A DNA stretch of 64,000 nt from Bdellovibrionota bacterium. Lineage in GTDB: Bacteria > Bdellovibrionota_C > UBA2361 > JBGSMV01. Under the pieces are notes generated by a model. That model searched no databases. It saw nothing but the letters and a program-made list of their open reading frames with translations, and had not been told where the DNA came from. The position numbers and the translations under genes are program-made. Position 1 is the first letter of the stretch. Each line of letters begins with the position of its first letter. The stretch covers positions 1-64,000 of the forward strand of contig JBGSMV010000009.1 of NCBI GenBank assembly GCA_041739995.1, written 5' to 3'. This document shows, one piece after another, positions 48,630-58,622 of this stretch.

Positions 48630-49046
48630 ATGACAGTAGAACGAACCCTTTCAATCATTAAGCCTGACGCCACCAAGAAGAACGTAGTGGGGAAGATTCT
48701 CACTCGTTTCGAGGATGCCGGGCTTAAAATCGTAGCAGGTCGCATGATGACGCTCTCCTCTGCCAAGGCAGGAGAGTTCTACGAGGTGCATAAGGAGCGC
48801 CCCTTTTTCGGTGAGCTCGTGCAGTACATGTGCTCAGGCCCGGTTTTCGTATCAGTCCTTGAAGGAGCTGATGCAGTGGCGACCAACCGTAAGCTGATGG
48901 GTGCCACAGATCCTAAGAAAGCTGAGCCTGGCACCATACGCAGTGATTTTGCTGAAAGCATAAACGCCAACGCAGTACACGGTTCCGACAGCACAGAAAA
49001 TGCGGAAAAAGAAATTCGCCTTTTCTTCCCTGAACTCATGCAATAA
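48630..49046 (+). CDS. ndk: Nucleoside diphosphate kinase
   Basis: [22 protein letters not shown] and NAVHGSDS. Confidence 0.97.
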   Translation: MTVERTLSIIKPDATKKNVVGKILTRFEDAGLKIVAGRMMTLSSAKAGEFYEVHKERPFFGELVQYMCSGPVFVSVLEGADAVATNRKLMGATDPKKAEPGTIRSDFAESINANAVHGSDSTENAEKEIRLFFPELMQ

Positions 49047-49218
49047 GCGCTGTGCGTTTCCCTTGGTCTCTCTCAGGAATTTAACCCGGGGGAGTCGAGG
49101 TCTGAGGAAGCGAGCTCGGGAGTAGGTGAGAGTTCTGGCCCTCTGCTGAAGTGCGGCATGGCGAGCGTGGGGGCGTGCGCGCCTAGGCTCGTCGGTGTTG
49201 TTGCTTCAATGAGATTTT

Positions 49219-50445
49219 ATGAGTGACGCGAGTGAAACTCCTTTAGCAGCGCCTGTAGAGGCGCCGCCCAGCTCTACCGAGCTGGAGGGGACCAGTTCGT
49301 CCTGCGTAACTTTGGCGGGTGACGACGTTCTCAGAGATCCAGTCCGGGTGGACTTCTTTTCCCTGTCCCGTGCAGCTCTTGAAGGAATGTTGGAAGAGCG
49401 CTTTGCCCTGCCTGCCTTTCGCGCTGCGCAGTTGTTTGATTGGGTATACCGCAAGCGAGTTCAAAACTTCGCTGACATGACTAATATAGCTAAGCCGCTG
49501 CGGGATCTGCTTGCCAGTGGCCTCTATTTTCCTCCTATTTCTTCCAAGGAGCGGCAACTCAGCGAAGACGGCACTCGCAAATATCTGTTTGAAGTCGAGC
49601 AGAAGGACCTGGTTGAGACCGTGATGATTAAGCAGCCCACACGGATGACTCTGTGTGTCTCGTCTCAGGTCGGTTGTGCGATGGGCTGTCGTTTTTGTCG
49701 GACAGCGACGATGGGGCTGCGCCGGCAACTTGGAGCTTCTGAAATTATTAGGCAGGTCCTGGGCGTCATTGATGATGCCAAGGAGTTTGGAGACATGTTT
49801 CAGAATATGGTCTTCATGGGCATGGGAGAGCCGCTGCATAACTATGAGGGCGTTACCACTGCGCTGCGCATTCTACGAGACGGTCAGGGCGTCGGACTTG
49901 CGGGGCGAAAGATTACCATCTCCAGCGTGGGCCTTGTCCCAGCGATTGAGGCGTTTGGGCGCGAGGGCCTAGACGTCAACCTGGCGATCTCTCTAAACGC
50001 TACAGATGACGATACACGCAGCAGCATCATGCCGCTCAACCGCAAGTATCCGATTGAGCGACTGCTGCAGTGCTTACGAGATTATCCGTTGCCGCGCAGA
50101 AAGCGCATTACCATTGAGTACGTGATGTTGGCCGGTGTAAATGACCGAGACGAGGACCTGAAGAGGCTTCCAAAGCTCTTGAGAGGCATTCCCGTCAAGG
50201 TCAACCTGATTCCATACAACCCAAATGCGGGGTTGGATTTTCAGACGCCGTCGAACGAGACCATTTCGCGCTGGCAACGAGAAATCGTGCGCCAAGGCGT
50301 TGAAACCACCGTACGCTGGTCCAAGGGTAAGGACATCGATGCTGCCTGTGGGCAGCTCGTCACTGAGTCAAAACGGAAGGCTCCGACGCGTTTGGGAGCC
50401 TCTAAGGCCCTCCAGGTTGAGTCTCCAGTGGAAGCACCCCTATAG
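49219..50445 (+). CDS. rlmN: 23S rRNA/tRNA m2A methyltransferase (radical SAM)
   Basis: CVSSQVGCAMGCRFC, MGMGEP, VNLIPYN and DIDAACGQL. Confidence 0.96.
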   Translation: MSDASETPLAAPVEAPPSSTELEGTSSSCVTLAGDDVLRDPVRVDFFSLSRAALEGMLEERFALPAFRAAQLFDWVYRKRVQNFADMTNIAKPLRDLLASGLYFPPISSKERQLSEDGTRKYLFEVEQKDLVETVMIKQPTRMTLCVSSQVGCAMGCRFCRTATMGLRRQLGASEIIRQVLGVIDDAKEFGDMFQNMVFMGMGEPLHNYEGVTTALRILRDGQGVGLAGRKITISSVGLVPAIEAFGREGLDVNLAISLNATDDDTRSSIMPLNRKYPIERLLQCLRDYPLPRRKRITIEYVMLAGVNDRDEDLKRLPKLLRGIPVKVNLIPYNPNAGLDFQTPSNETISRWQREIVRQGVETTVRWSKGKDIDAACGQLVTESKRKAPTRLGASKALQVESPVEAPL

Positions 50446-50621
50446 AGCGCTTTTCTAACCTATTGAAATCAAAACGTTTAATGTCTTGATTTTATTGGTT
50501 TTAGAGAGTTTGAGATTGCGCCCCCAGAACCCTTGTAAAATTTTCCTGGTTGGCATCCAATCGTGGCTCATTTGAGGGCCGCGGAGGCCATCGCTCTTAA
50601 CCGTTTTTGGTGAGATCAGGT

Positions 50622-50861
50622 ATGAACAACACAGCAGAAAATCAAGATATGACCCAGGACAGCGCTAGCGAAGGTGAAGTTTTGGTAGTCATTTCGAAGC
50701 TTAAAAACTACGTTCGCAACCAGTCAGGGTTCAACACTGCAGGAAGTGTTGCCCCAGCTATTTCGAACATGGTTCGAGTCCTTTGCGATCGAGCTATCGA
50801 AAGCGCAAAGAAAGACGGTCGCAAGACAGTCATGGATCGTGATTTCGCACCGCTCTCGTAA
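50622..50861 (+). CDS. Bacterial histone (Bd0055/HBb-like singlet histone fold)
   Basis: EVLVVISKLKNYVR...NTAGS...LCDRAIESAKKDGRKTVMDRDF matches the Bd0055 pattern (EVLVV.SK.K...NT...A..DGRKTVM.RD) with the histone RKT-x-x-x-x-D motif. Confidence 0.9.
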   Translation: MNNTAENQDMTQDSASEGEVLVVISKLKNYVRNQSGFNTAGSVAPAISNMVRVLCDRAIESAKKDGRKTVMDRDFAPLS

Positions 50862-50994
50862 AAGAGTCTCCTTAAGAGGGTCTCGTAGGAGAGCCTCGAG
50901 GGAGAGTAAGGCTCATCTAGAGAATGCTCATCTAAGGGATTGCGCCCTCGAAATAGGGCTGCTCTTGGTTGGTCGTTGAATTGAAGTGGGCCAT

Positions 50995-51052
50995 AAGGAA
51001 AATGCCCCTGATGCCTCCTCGTTGACGAGTTGGCTCAGGGGCATTTTTCCTT
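50995..51052. terminator. Bidirectional terminator between convergent histone and csp genes
   Basis: AAGGAAAATGCCCCTGA ... TCAGGGGCATTTTTCCTT inverted repeat. Confidence 0.75.
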
Positions 51053-51089
51053 TGTCCTAGTGAGAAGTTTCCTTTGTCCTAGTGAGAAG
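51046..51089 (+). repeat. Perfect 22-bp tandem duplication
   Basis: TTTCCTTTGTCCTAGTGAGAAG x2. Confidence 0.9.
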
Positions 51090-51118
51090 CGTTTATCTGC
51101 CTTCTCGCTAGAGGGACC

Positions 51119-51505
51119 CTAATTCGCGCTATTGTGGTCGCTCCGGTCGGCAGGCTCTTCAGACATTCCCGGAGCTGCGCTTGGCTTTTCTGCGCCGCCT
51201 TCATAAGTCACCGTGGCGATGACCTGAGAAGAGAGAGACTGAGCGGCGGTCTCAGCAGTAGGAGTCTCAGCTGGCGGTGGATTGGTGCGACTTACGCGTG
51301 CAGCGTGAAGTCCTTTGGCGCCTTGTTGAATTTCGTACTCGACCTCTTCACCATCTTTCAAGGTCTTAAATCCTTCGGAACTGATCACCGAATAGTGCAC
51401 AAAGACATCTTTGCCACTTGCATGCTCAATGAAGCCAAATCCTTTGGCATCGTTGAACCACTTGACCTTTCCTTTGATCACTTCACTGTTGTTTTCTGCA
51501 CTCAT
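51119..51505 (-). CDS. Cold-shock protein with C-terminal extension
   Basis: [16 protein letters not shown] and DVFVHYS (RNP1/RNP2); SD GAGGTG. Confidence 0.95.
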   Translation of the reverse strand: MSAENNSEVIKGKVKWFNDAKGFGFIEHASGKDVFVHYSVISSEGFKTLKDGEEVEYEIQQGAKGLHAARVSRTNPPPAETPTAETAAQSLSSQVIATVTYEGGAEKPSAAPGMSEEPADRSDHNSAN

Positions 51506-51976
51506 AACTTCACCTCTTGTTCCACCTACTTTTTAACCAAACACTTATACTAACCCAAGACGGTCTTGAGCAGAGCAAAGTCGGGCGACCTTCTCTTGCT
51601 CGTAACTCACAACTTGCTGCACCCTTAGTGTCAAATCTCTGACACTTAACTGCTTCAAATTGTCGTCTGCCGCGTATCCCGTTCCCGCAATTCACGGTCC
51701 TGTGCGCTACAAGGAACTATGCGCTGGCTCAGTTTGAGATTCACTACCTAACGGGAAGGATCCACGAAAACGAGGAGAGTCTCCAGTGGGGCACAAAGCG
51801 ATGTCGCCGACTGGCCTTGTGCGTTGCGACGACTCAACCGGGGAAACTCTTAGACGAGCCTAGGGGTGAAGTCCAGATATTTTAGGGGGTCTCCATCGGG
51901 TGTTCGGGAGAATCGGCCTGGTCTGCCTGCAGTGAAACCGCCGTGGCGTCCCACCCCGCAAAATGATGTTTGTCGA

Positions 51977-53548
51977 ATGGCGCTCACTACACTAGATTTA
52001 GCCGGACTGAAGATACCTACCAATGGCGCTATGACTACAGAAGGAAATGCAAAGGTGAAGTGGCTGCGTGGTGTGTTGGACGCACTGCCAGATCCCATTT
52101 TGGTGCTGAGCAAGGATCGCCGCTGTGAATTCGCCAATACCGCTTTCTTCTCATTCTTTCCCGTCGGTCGACAGGCCGAGTCGGGAGACCCTAATGTTTC
52201 TGTCGATCGGTTTTGGCAAGATTTAGGCACGGCAGATCTTCGCAAGGAAGAACTACGCTGTCAGTGGATTCTGAACAGCAAGGACTCTTACTCCGTTAAA
52301 TTGGCGCTCTATCCGCTAGAAGATGGATTTACCCTCGTTCGGGTAATGGCAGGCTCTTCCTCTAATGATGCCATGTCCGTGTTCCATGCGCAGCGCCTTG
52401 AGACTCTCGGCATGCTGGCTGGCGGCGTGGCCCATGATTTCAATAATGTACTGACCGGCATACTCGGGCACCTGGCGTTCTTGAAGACCATATTGCCCAC
52501 CAGTGGGCCGCATCTCGATTCTTTAAAGGCCATTCATGAGGGAGCACGTAAGGCCACGGCCCTTTCGCAACAGATTCTTAACTTCTCAAAGCTCGACACC
52601 ACCGAAGAGTCAGTCGAAGTCGACTTTGGCGATCTCGTGGCACGCATGGTGGGACTTCTACGAGGTTCTATATCTCCGCTGTGTCGACTTGAGTTTATCG
52701 CTCCTGAGTCGCGCATGGTGTTGCTTGGGAGCGAGGGACGACTCGCGCAGGTGATCGTGAATCTTGCAGTGAATGCTCGTGATGCCCTGGGTGAGGAAGG
52801 CGATATAAAAATCGACATTGGGAGCTGTGGTGACCTGAAGCGATTGGAGGGGCTGTTTGGGACCAAGGAGCTGGCATGCTCTTGCTACTCGGTGCTCCGA
52901 GTTCAGGACAATGGACAAGGCATGCCTCAGGAAGTCATGGATCGCATGTTTGAACCATACTTTACCACCAAACGTGGCAAAGGTACCGGTCTTGGACTCT
53001 CAACCGTAGCGGCGATCGTCAGAGAGCTTGGAGGCGCCATTGCGGTGCAGTCTGAAGTCAATGTCGGCACTCTTATCGAGGTTTTCTTTCCTTTGGTGCA
53101 GGCCCCCGCTGATGCTCGAGCAGAGGAGACTGGGGTCGGAGAGATCCCCAAAGGAAAAGAAAAGATCCTTATTGTTGATGATGAATACTCAGTGCGAAAC
53201 GTGCTTGCGCTGAGTTTGCAGCATCTTGGCTATGCGGTGGAAGTAGCGGCTTCTGGGGTGGAGGCACTTGAGCTTTATGAACAGGCGGCCACTCCCTTTG
53301 AGCTTGTGATTTTGGACATGTTGATGCCGCAGCTTCCAGGAGAGAAGGTTTTCATGCGCCTCAAAGAGCTCGATGCGAAAGTGCGAGTACTTTTGATTAG
53401 CGGTTTTGCCTCTCAAGAGGCCGTTCGCAGCGTGCTTGATTCAGGTGGCCTGGGGTTCATTCAAAAGCCATTTACCATCGAAGACCTCGCCAAGACGGTG
53501 CGGGAGTGCTTTGACCGGGGGGCACCGTCTAAATCCGTCGTATTTTGA
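51977..53548 (+). CDS. Cytoplasmic PAS-HisKA-HATPase-REC hybrid kinase (CckA-like architecture); start uncertain (51977 or 52031)
   Basis: AGGVAHDFNNVL, NLAVNARDA, FEPYFTTK, GTGLGL, ILIVDDE, LDMLMP and KPF. Confidence 0.92.
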   Translation: MALTTLDLAGLKIPTNGAMTTEGNAKVKWLRGVLDALPDPILVLSKDRRCEFANTAFFSFFPVGRQAESGDPNVSVDRFWQDLGTADLRKEELRCQWILNSKDSYSVKLALYPLEDGFTLVRVMAGSSSNDAMSVFHAQRLETLGMLAGGVAHDFNNVLTGILGHLAFLKTILPTSGPHLDSLKAIHEGARKATALSQQILNFSKLDTTEESVEVDFGDLVARMVGLLRGSISPLCRLEFIAPESRMVLLGSEGRLAQVIVNLAVNARDALGEEGDIKIDIGSCGDLKRLEGLFGTKELACSCYSVLRVQDNGQGMPQEVMDRMFEPYFTTKRGKGTGLGLSTVAAIVRELGGAIAVQSEVNVGTLIEVFFPLVQAPADARAEETGVGEIPKGKEKILIVDDEYSVRNVLALSLQHLGYAVEVAASGVEALELYEQAATPFELVILDMLMPQLPGEKVFMRLKELDAKVRVLLISGFASQEAVRSVLDSGGLGFIQKPFTIEDLAKTVRECFDRGAPSKSVVF

Positions 53549-53628
53549 CCAAGAACCAGACGCCCGGTAGAATCAGGCCAGTTTAATTGGTGCCCTCTTA
53601 GTCGGGCCTTAGTGACGAATTTCCCACC

Positions 53629-54804
53629 TTGAGCGAGAACCCGGAGCCACAAGTGCAGTCTGATTTGGCAGTAAATACTGAACGGGCGACGAGTCCAGTG
53701 CCGACAAGTGCAGGCTATCAGCTTAAGAAGCTACAGGTTAATCCAGGCCTAGTGCTGGCGCCTATGAGCGGCGTGACCTGCATGTCGTTTCGTCGACTTA
53801 TTCGAGAGCTCAACCCCGGTGCTTTGGGGCTCGTCATGACTGAGTTTATTTCCTGCGAAGCGCTCACGCGGCAGGTACGAAGAAGCCTCGACATGATGCG
53901 CTTTGAAGAGTCTGAGAGGCCCGTAGCGATACAAATTTTCGGATATGATCCTCAGCGCATGCGCGATGCGGCTTTGATGGCCCAGGATGCAGGCGCTGAT
54001 GCGATTGATATTAACTGCGGCTGTCCCGCTCCTAAAGTAGTGCGAAAGGGCGGAGGCTGTGAATTGATGCGGCAGCCTGAGCACCTTGCCAAAGTAATCG
54101 AAGGTGTTCGAGCAGTGGTAACTCTGCCACTGACTCTAAAAATGCGAAGTGGATGGGATGTTCACTCGGTAAACTGTCACGACATAGCGCGTTTGTGCGA
54201 AGACTCAGGATTGGATGGCATTGCTATCCATGGCAGGACGCGCACACAGATGTATCGTGGCGACGCCGATTGGGATGTCGTCTGGAAGGTGAGAGACTCG
54301 GTGTCTATCCCTGTGCTTGGCAGCGGAGACGTGGTCGACTTGGAGACGTATCGCGCACGAATGTTTCGTGATGCACAGATTCCTCATAGTGAAACGGCGC
54401 CAGCCTCAAATCGCTCACTTGCAGGAGTGATGATTGGGCGCGGCGCGCTGATGAACCCGCTGGTATTCACTGAGATTCATACCGGAAAGAAATGGCGCGC
54501 GCGTGAAGATGAAGGGCGCGCCATCTCCATCATGAGTCGCTACGCAGAGCTTTTGAGCGAGGAATTCCCGAGTAAGGTACGGGTAGGGAAGATTAAACAG
54601 CTCGGGTCTCAGATGCTGAGAGGCCTTCCGTGGCGCAAGGAGCTGTTGCTCGCCCAGAATTTTGAAGCTCAGGCTGAGCTGTTGCGCGCATTACGAGCAG
54701 GGACTTATAGCCCGCCAACCAGGGAATCGCGGCGCCATGAGGCGCCTGTATTCGAGGGCGAAATGAACAAAGATGGCGCACCCTCAGAAGGCATGCCAGT
54801 TTAA
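53629..54804 (+). CDS. dusB: tRNA-dihydrouridine synthase
   Basis: LAPMSGVT, DINCGCPAPKV, IHGRTR and GVMIGRGA. Confidence 0.9.
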   Translation: MSENPEPQVQSDLAVNTERATSPVPTSAGYQLKKLQVNPGLVLAPMSGVTCMSFRRLIRELNPGALGLVMTEFISCEALTRQVRRSLDMMRFEESERPVAIQIFGYDPQRMRDAALMAQDAGADAIDINCGCPAPKVVRKGGGCELMRQPEHLAKVIEGVRAVVTLPLTLKMRSGWDVHSVNCHDIARLCEDSGLDGIAIHGRTRTQMYRGDADWDVVWKVRDSVSIPVLGSGDVVDLETYRARMFRDAQIPHSETAPASNRSLAGVMIGRGALMNPLVFTEIHTGKKWRAREDEGRAISIMSRYAELLSEEFPSKVRVGKIKQLGSQMLRGLPWRKELLLAQNFEAQAELLRALRAGTYSPPTRESRRHEAPVFEGEMNKDGAPSEGMPV

Positions 54805-54865
54805 GGCTGTATAGAATGAAGCCGGACGTTGTAGGGCTGGAAAGAGTCGGTAAGGCGAGTGGTGC

Positions 54866-55615
54866 ATGTTAAGCGTTGAGCGGGTATCTCGTAGTTTTGG
54901 ATCGAGGGTTGTTTTAGATGATATCAGCTTTTCCGTTGCTACCGGTTCCCTGAATGGGATGATTGGGCCCGGAGGGTCGGGTAAAAGTGTCCTGCTTAAG
55001 ATCCTTGGCGGCATATATCGCCCACATTCTGGCAAAGTGGTGCTAGACGGTGAGACCTTCGACGAGCACCAGGAGCATCCTGAGCCACATGAGTCTCTTG
55101 CGCTCATGTTTCAAGAGGGCGCCCTATTTGACTCTCTCTCCGTGTATGAGAATGTGGCCTTCCCACTGGTGGCGGGGCGTCTTCCCTGTGCCTCTCTCCC
55201 GAGAGAAACCCGCGAAGTCGTACATCAGCAAGTTTCCGAAATTCTGAAAAGAGTCGGGTTGCTTCAAGCCAGTCACAAGTTCCCTGCCCAACTGAGCGGG
55301 GGTATGCGTAAGAGGGTTTCGTTGGCGAGAGCGCTTGTGGCGCGTCCGAAGTACGTGTTGCTTGACGACCCCACTGCCGGATTAGATCCGGTAGCGAGTA
55401 GTGTAATTATGAATTTGATTGTGGAACTACATAACGAATATCGTCCGACCGTAATTTTGGTCAGCCAAGACTTGCGTCGCTTGCTCCCAGTCGTGGAGAA
55501 GGTTTACGCGCTCTTCAATGGACGAGTGACCTTCGCTGGAACTATGGATGAACTAAAACGCTCAGCAGATGAGCTGCTACGAAAGTTCGTCTCTTGCCGA
55601 TTCGAGCTGGCATGA
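54866..55615 (+). CDS. ABC ATPase, MlaF/Mkl-like
   Basis: GPGGSGKS, FQEGALFDSLSVYENVAFPL, LSGGMRKRV and DDPTAGLDPV. Confidence 0.88.
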   Translation: MLSVERVSRSFGSRVVLDDISFSVATGSLNGMIGPGGSGKSVLLKILGGIYRPHSGKVVLDGETFDEHQEHPEPHESLALMFQEGALFDSLSVYENVAFPLVAGRLPCASLPRETREVVHQQVSEILKRVGLLQASHKFPAQLSGGMRKRVSLARALVARPKYVLLDDPTAGLDPVASSVIMNLIVELHNEYRPTVILVSQDLRRLLPVVEKVYALFNGRVTFAGTMDELKRSADELLRKFVSCRFELA

Positions 55616-56493
55616 GTCGACACGCAGAGATTGAAGCAGCGCGCGCCCAGCTTTTGAAGGGCCTTGGCGTTCCCCCCGCATCAGATTTTGTAATCGATGA
55701 CTTTCAACGCGAAGCGATTGAGAGTGTCACCGCGGGCGTTGATACTCTAGTAGTTGCACCAACAGGCTCAGGCAAAACGTTCATTGCGCTTGAGGCCATC
55801 AAGGCTGCGCTCATGCAGAAGGCCAGGTCCATTTACACCACTCCACTGAAGGCTCTGTCGAACACAAAGTACCTTGATCTGAAGAAACGCTTTGAGCCAG
55901 CGCACCGCGTGGGGATTCTTACAGGGGATCGAAAGATTGAAGGCGATGCCGATATCGTGGTGGCAACAACCGAAATCTACCGCAACGAGCTCTATCGTGG
56001 CTCGGAGCGATTCTCGTTGGTGATTCTAGATGAAGTCCATTTTATCGCCGATCCGCAGCGCGGACCGGTCTGGGAAGAGAGCATCATTCTTACTCCGCGC
56101 TCTTCGGCGCTCTTGATGCTTTCAGCCTCGATCTCAAATGCTGATGAAATCAAGGCGTGGCTAGAGGACGTACGTCAAAGACCTTGCCGAGTGATTGTAA
56201 AGATCGGACGGCCGGTCGAACTTCGCTTTGGATTCTTGCATCCCGATGGCGGAGTGCTTCCACTGTCTGACAGCGATGGAAAGATGTTTCGAGAAGTCGC
56301 AAGTTTTTATCGCTCATCTGATATGGATTCCTCCGATCGTCGTGGACGCGGCGGTGGTGGCCGAGGTGGCGGCGGATCTCATCGTGGTGGTGGGCGTTCT
56401 CAAGGTAACCGATCTCGCGGTGGTCAAGATCGTGGAGGGCGTTCGAGAGGACCCTCCGGTGGCTCGCGTGGGCGATCGAAGGGGAGTCGCTAA
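55612..56493 (+). CDS. Ski2/HelY-like DExH helicase, N-terminal half (RecA1) with RGG tail
   Basis: APTGSGKT, TPLKALSN, TTEIYRN, DEVH and LSAS. ATGA overlap with the upstream gene. Confidence 0.88.
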   Translation: MSRHAEIEAARAQLLKGLGVPPASDFVIDDFQREAIESVTAGVDTLVVAPTGSGKTFIALEAIKAALMQKARSIYTTPLKALSNTKYLDLKKRFEPAHRVGILTGDRKIEGDADIVVATTEIYRNELYRGSERFSLVILDEVHFIADPQRGPVWEESIILTPRSSALLMLSASISNADEIKAWLEDVRQRPCRVIVKIGRPVELRFGFLHPDGGVLPLSDSDGKMFREVASFYRSSDMDSSDRRGRGGGGRGGGGSHRGGGRSQGNRSRGGQDRGGRSRGPSGGSRGRSKGSR

Positions 56494-57905
56494 TGCTACG
56501 CGAGTACCCAGTCACTTTAATGTTGCCGCAACTTGAGCACGACGACTTGTTGCCGGCGATTTTGTTTCGAACTGCAAGAAAACAGTGTGATGCCGACATT
56601 GTTGCAATAAGTCGCTCGAGGCGATTGTTGCTTGATGCGAATAAGCAGCATGCGCTTGAGAACGAAGTAAACGAAATCGTCAAAAAATATCAGCTCGACC
56701 GTGACGTGGTGCTCCACCACGAGCAGTATCCAGCTTTGGTGCAAACTGGCTGCGGCGCCCATCATGCCGGGCAGCTGCTGCTGTGGCGATTGTTGCTTGA
56801 AGAACTCATGTCGCGCGGAGCCCTGCGACTTCTAATTGCCACGGGGACAGTTGCGGCCGGAGTTGATTTTCCTGCGCGCTCAGTGGTCATTACCGCACAT
56901 AGCAAGCGCGGCAATGAAGGATTTAATACTCTAACCTCTGCCGAGTTCCAGCAAATGTCTGGTAGGGCGGGACGACGCGGCAAAGATGCGGTGGGCTTTT
57001 GTTTGATCGCACCAGGAGCATTTTCGGACGCGCGAGTGTTGCTCGATGTTTCGAAGCGTCCACCCGAGCCGCTGCGTTCAGCTTACTTTGCGTCACCGTC
57101 CACCGTGCTGAATCTGCTAAAATACCGAAACGTTGATGATTTGCTGTTTACCGTGCAACGCAGTTTAGCTGCTTTTATCGATCGACGCGAAGCGGACCGA
57201 ATGCGTACAGAGGCTGGGCAACTGCAGGAAGAGCTCTCAGCGAAAGATAAGAGCAAGGACTCCACTCAAGATAAGAAGGCCGAGAAGCGTGCGCGTCGAT
57301 GGGTGCGAGAAGCCGAAGAGGTTGAGACCAGACAGGCCGTTACTTTGCAGCTGATGCTCGACGGCTTGGGGCGCCTCGGTCACGTGCAAGATGGCAAGCT
57401 TACTGAGAAAGGCGCTTGGTCGGCATCGATTTGTACGAACTTAGTGCTTGAACTTAGTGAAGCGATCTCAGAGTTCATGTTCGTCGATCTTCAACTTGAA
57501 GAGCTTGTCGCGCTGGTAGCCTCAATATCTGGTGACCCACATCGCACTTATCTTTCCATTGCCAAGAACCCCATCAAGAAAGAGCTCTATGCCAAGATGA
57601 ATGCGGTAGTGGAGCGGGTGCGCGGTGCCTTTGCGAAGGCACCGAATTCTGAAATCAAAGTCATGCCAGAAGCAGCGCTTTCTGTTTTGAGTTGGCTAAG
57701 TTCTGAGAGTTGGATTGAGTACTCGAGTTTTCTTCGATTGGCTGGTGTTGCCGAGGGTGACGCTTCGCGGCTTATCATGCAAACGGCCGAACATTTGGGA
57801 CAGATGGCGCGTTTAAGTGAAACCCATCCTGATCTTGCCGCACTGTGTTCCGAGGCGCGCAAACAACTTCTCAGACCGCCTCTAACCGAAATTGTAGTTA
57901 CCTAG
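56493..57905 (+). CDS. Ski2/HelY-like helicase, C-terminal half (RecA2 plus helical domains)
   Basis: LLPAILF...CD, AHHAG, ATGTVAAGVDFPAR and QMSGRAGRRG. TAATG overlap with SD GGAG. Confidence 0.88.
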   Translation: MLREYPVTLMLPQLEHDDLLPAILFRTARKQCDADIVAISRSRRLLLDANKQHALENEVNEIVKKYQLDRDVVLHHEQYPALVQTGCGAHHAGQLLLWRLLLEELMSRGALRLLIATGTVAAGVDFPARSVVITAHSKRGNEGFNTLTSAEFQQMSGRAGRRGKDAVGFCLIAPGAFSDARVLLDVSKRPPEPLRSAYFASPSTVLNLLKYRNVDDLLFTVQRSLAAFIDRREADRMRTEAGQLQEELSAKDKSKDSTQDKKAEKRARRWVREAEEVETRQAVTLQLMLDGLGRLGHVQDGKLTEKGAWSASICTNLVLELSEAISEFMFVDLQLEELVALVASISGDPHRTYLSIAKNPIKKELYAKMNAVVERVRGAFAKAPNSEIKVMPEAALSVLSWLSSESWIEYSSFLRLAGVAEGDASRLIMQTAEHLGQMARLSETHPDLAALCSEARKQLLRPPLTEIVVT

Positions 57906-58013
57906 TTCATGCGAGAAGAACACAAAATCTCTCGAATTTTATACAGTGAATCTCTTGCGATAGGTTGAGGGCTATCCCCGGCGGACACAAGTGGAGCGTA
58001 TTTACAGTGCGCG

Positions 58014-58622
58014 CTATTTTGTACCCTGCCCAAACCACTCTGGTACCGTAATTGCTAGGGCGCGAGCTTCGCGAGTGATGTAGGGATAGTCAATGGGTAG
58101 GCCAGAGCGCATCATCGATCGGATATCATCACTATCTTGCGGACGTGGCTCAATACACTGCAATGCATTCAGTTTTGCGAGCATCAGATCCTCTATGGTT
58201 AGTGTTGGTACCTGCGCAAAACCGTAGTCAATGAGATTTGCTTGTGCGCGGTGAACTCCTTTTTCTACCCATGGAAACACGGGCAATAGAAAATCCACCC
58301 CGATGAATCGCTCGTCGTGTGTGCCACGACCGCAGACAAGGGCATTTTTCTGATCTGGGCCTCCCCTTGGATCCGGGACAAAGCCCATGTTCGGCTCAAG
58401 CCCAAGTTCTCTAATAACTGATTCCGCAATGGTGCTGGCAGGGGTTTGGCCGTGGTTGATGATTGCAACATCGATGTCTCCAGTATACCGCGGGGTATCT
58501 CGATAAACTGACGCTACAACTCCTCCGCACAGTGCCCAGCAGTCAGGCCATGGACGAAGATGGTTAACCAGTCTTTTGAGTTCAGAGAAAATTCGCACGC
58601 TTGCGTACCTGCTCACGGGCAA
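58014..58622 (-). CDS. Nucleotidyltransferase (AbiEii/DUF6036-like), probable toxin; GTG 58598 is a likely start
   Basis: ALCGG..ASVY...PRYTGDID, VDFL, EDLMLAKL and RPQDSDDI. Confidence 0.8.
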   Translation of the reverse strand: MPVSRYASVRIFSELKRLVNHLRPWPDCWALCGGVVASVYRDTPRYTGDIDVAIINHGQTPASTIAESVIRELGLEPNMGFVPDPRGGPDQKNALVCGRGTHDERFIGVDFLLPVFPWVEKGVHRAQANLIDYGFAQVPTLTIEDLMLAKLNALQCIEPRPQDSDDIRSMMRSGLPIDYPYITREARALAITVPEWFGQGTK

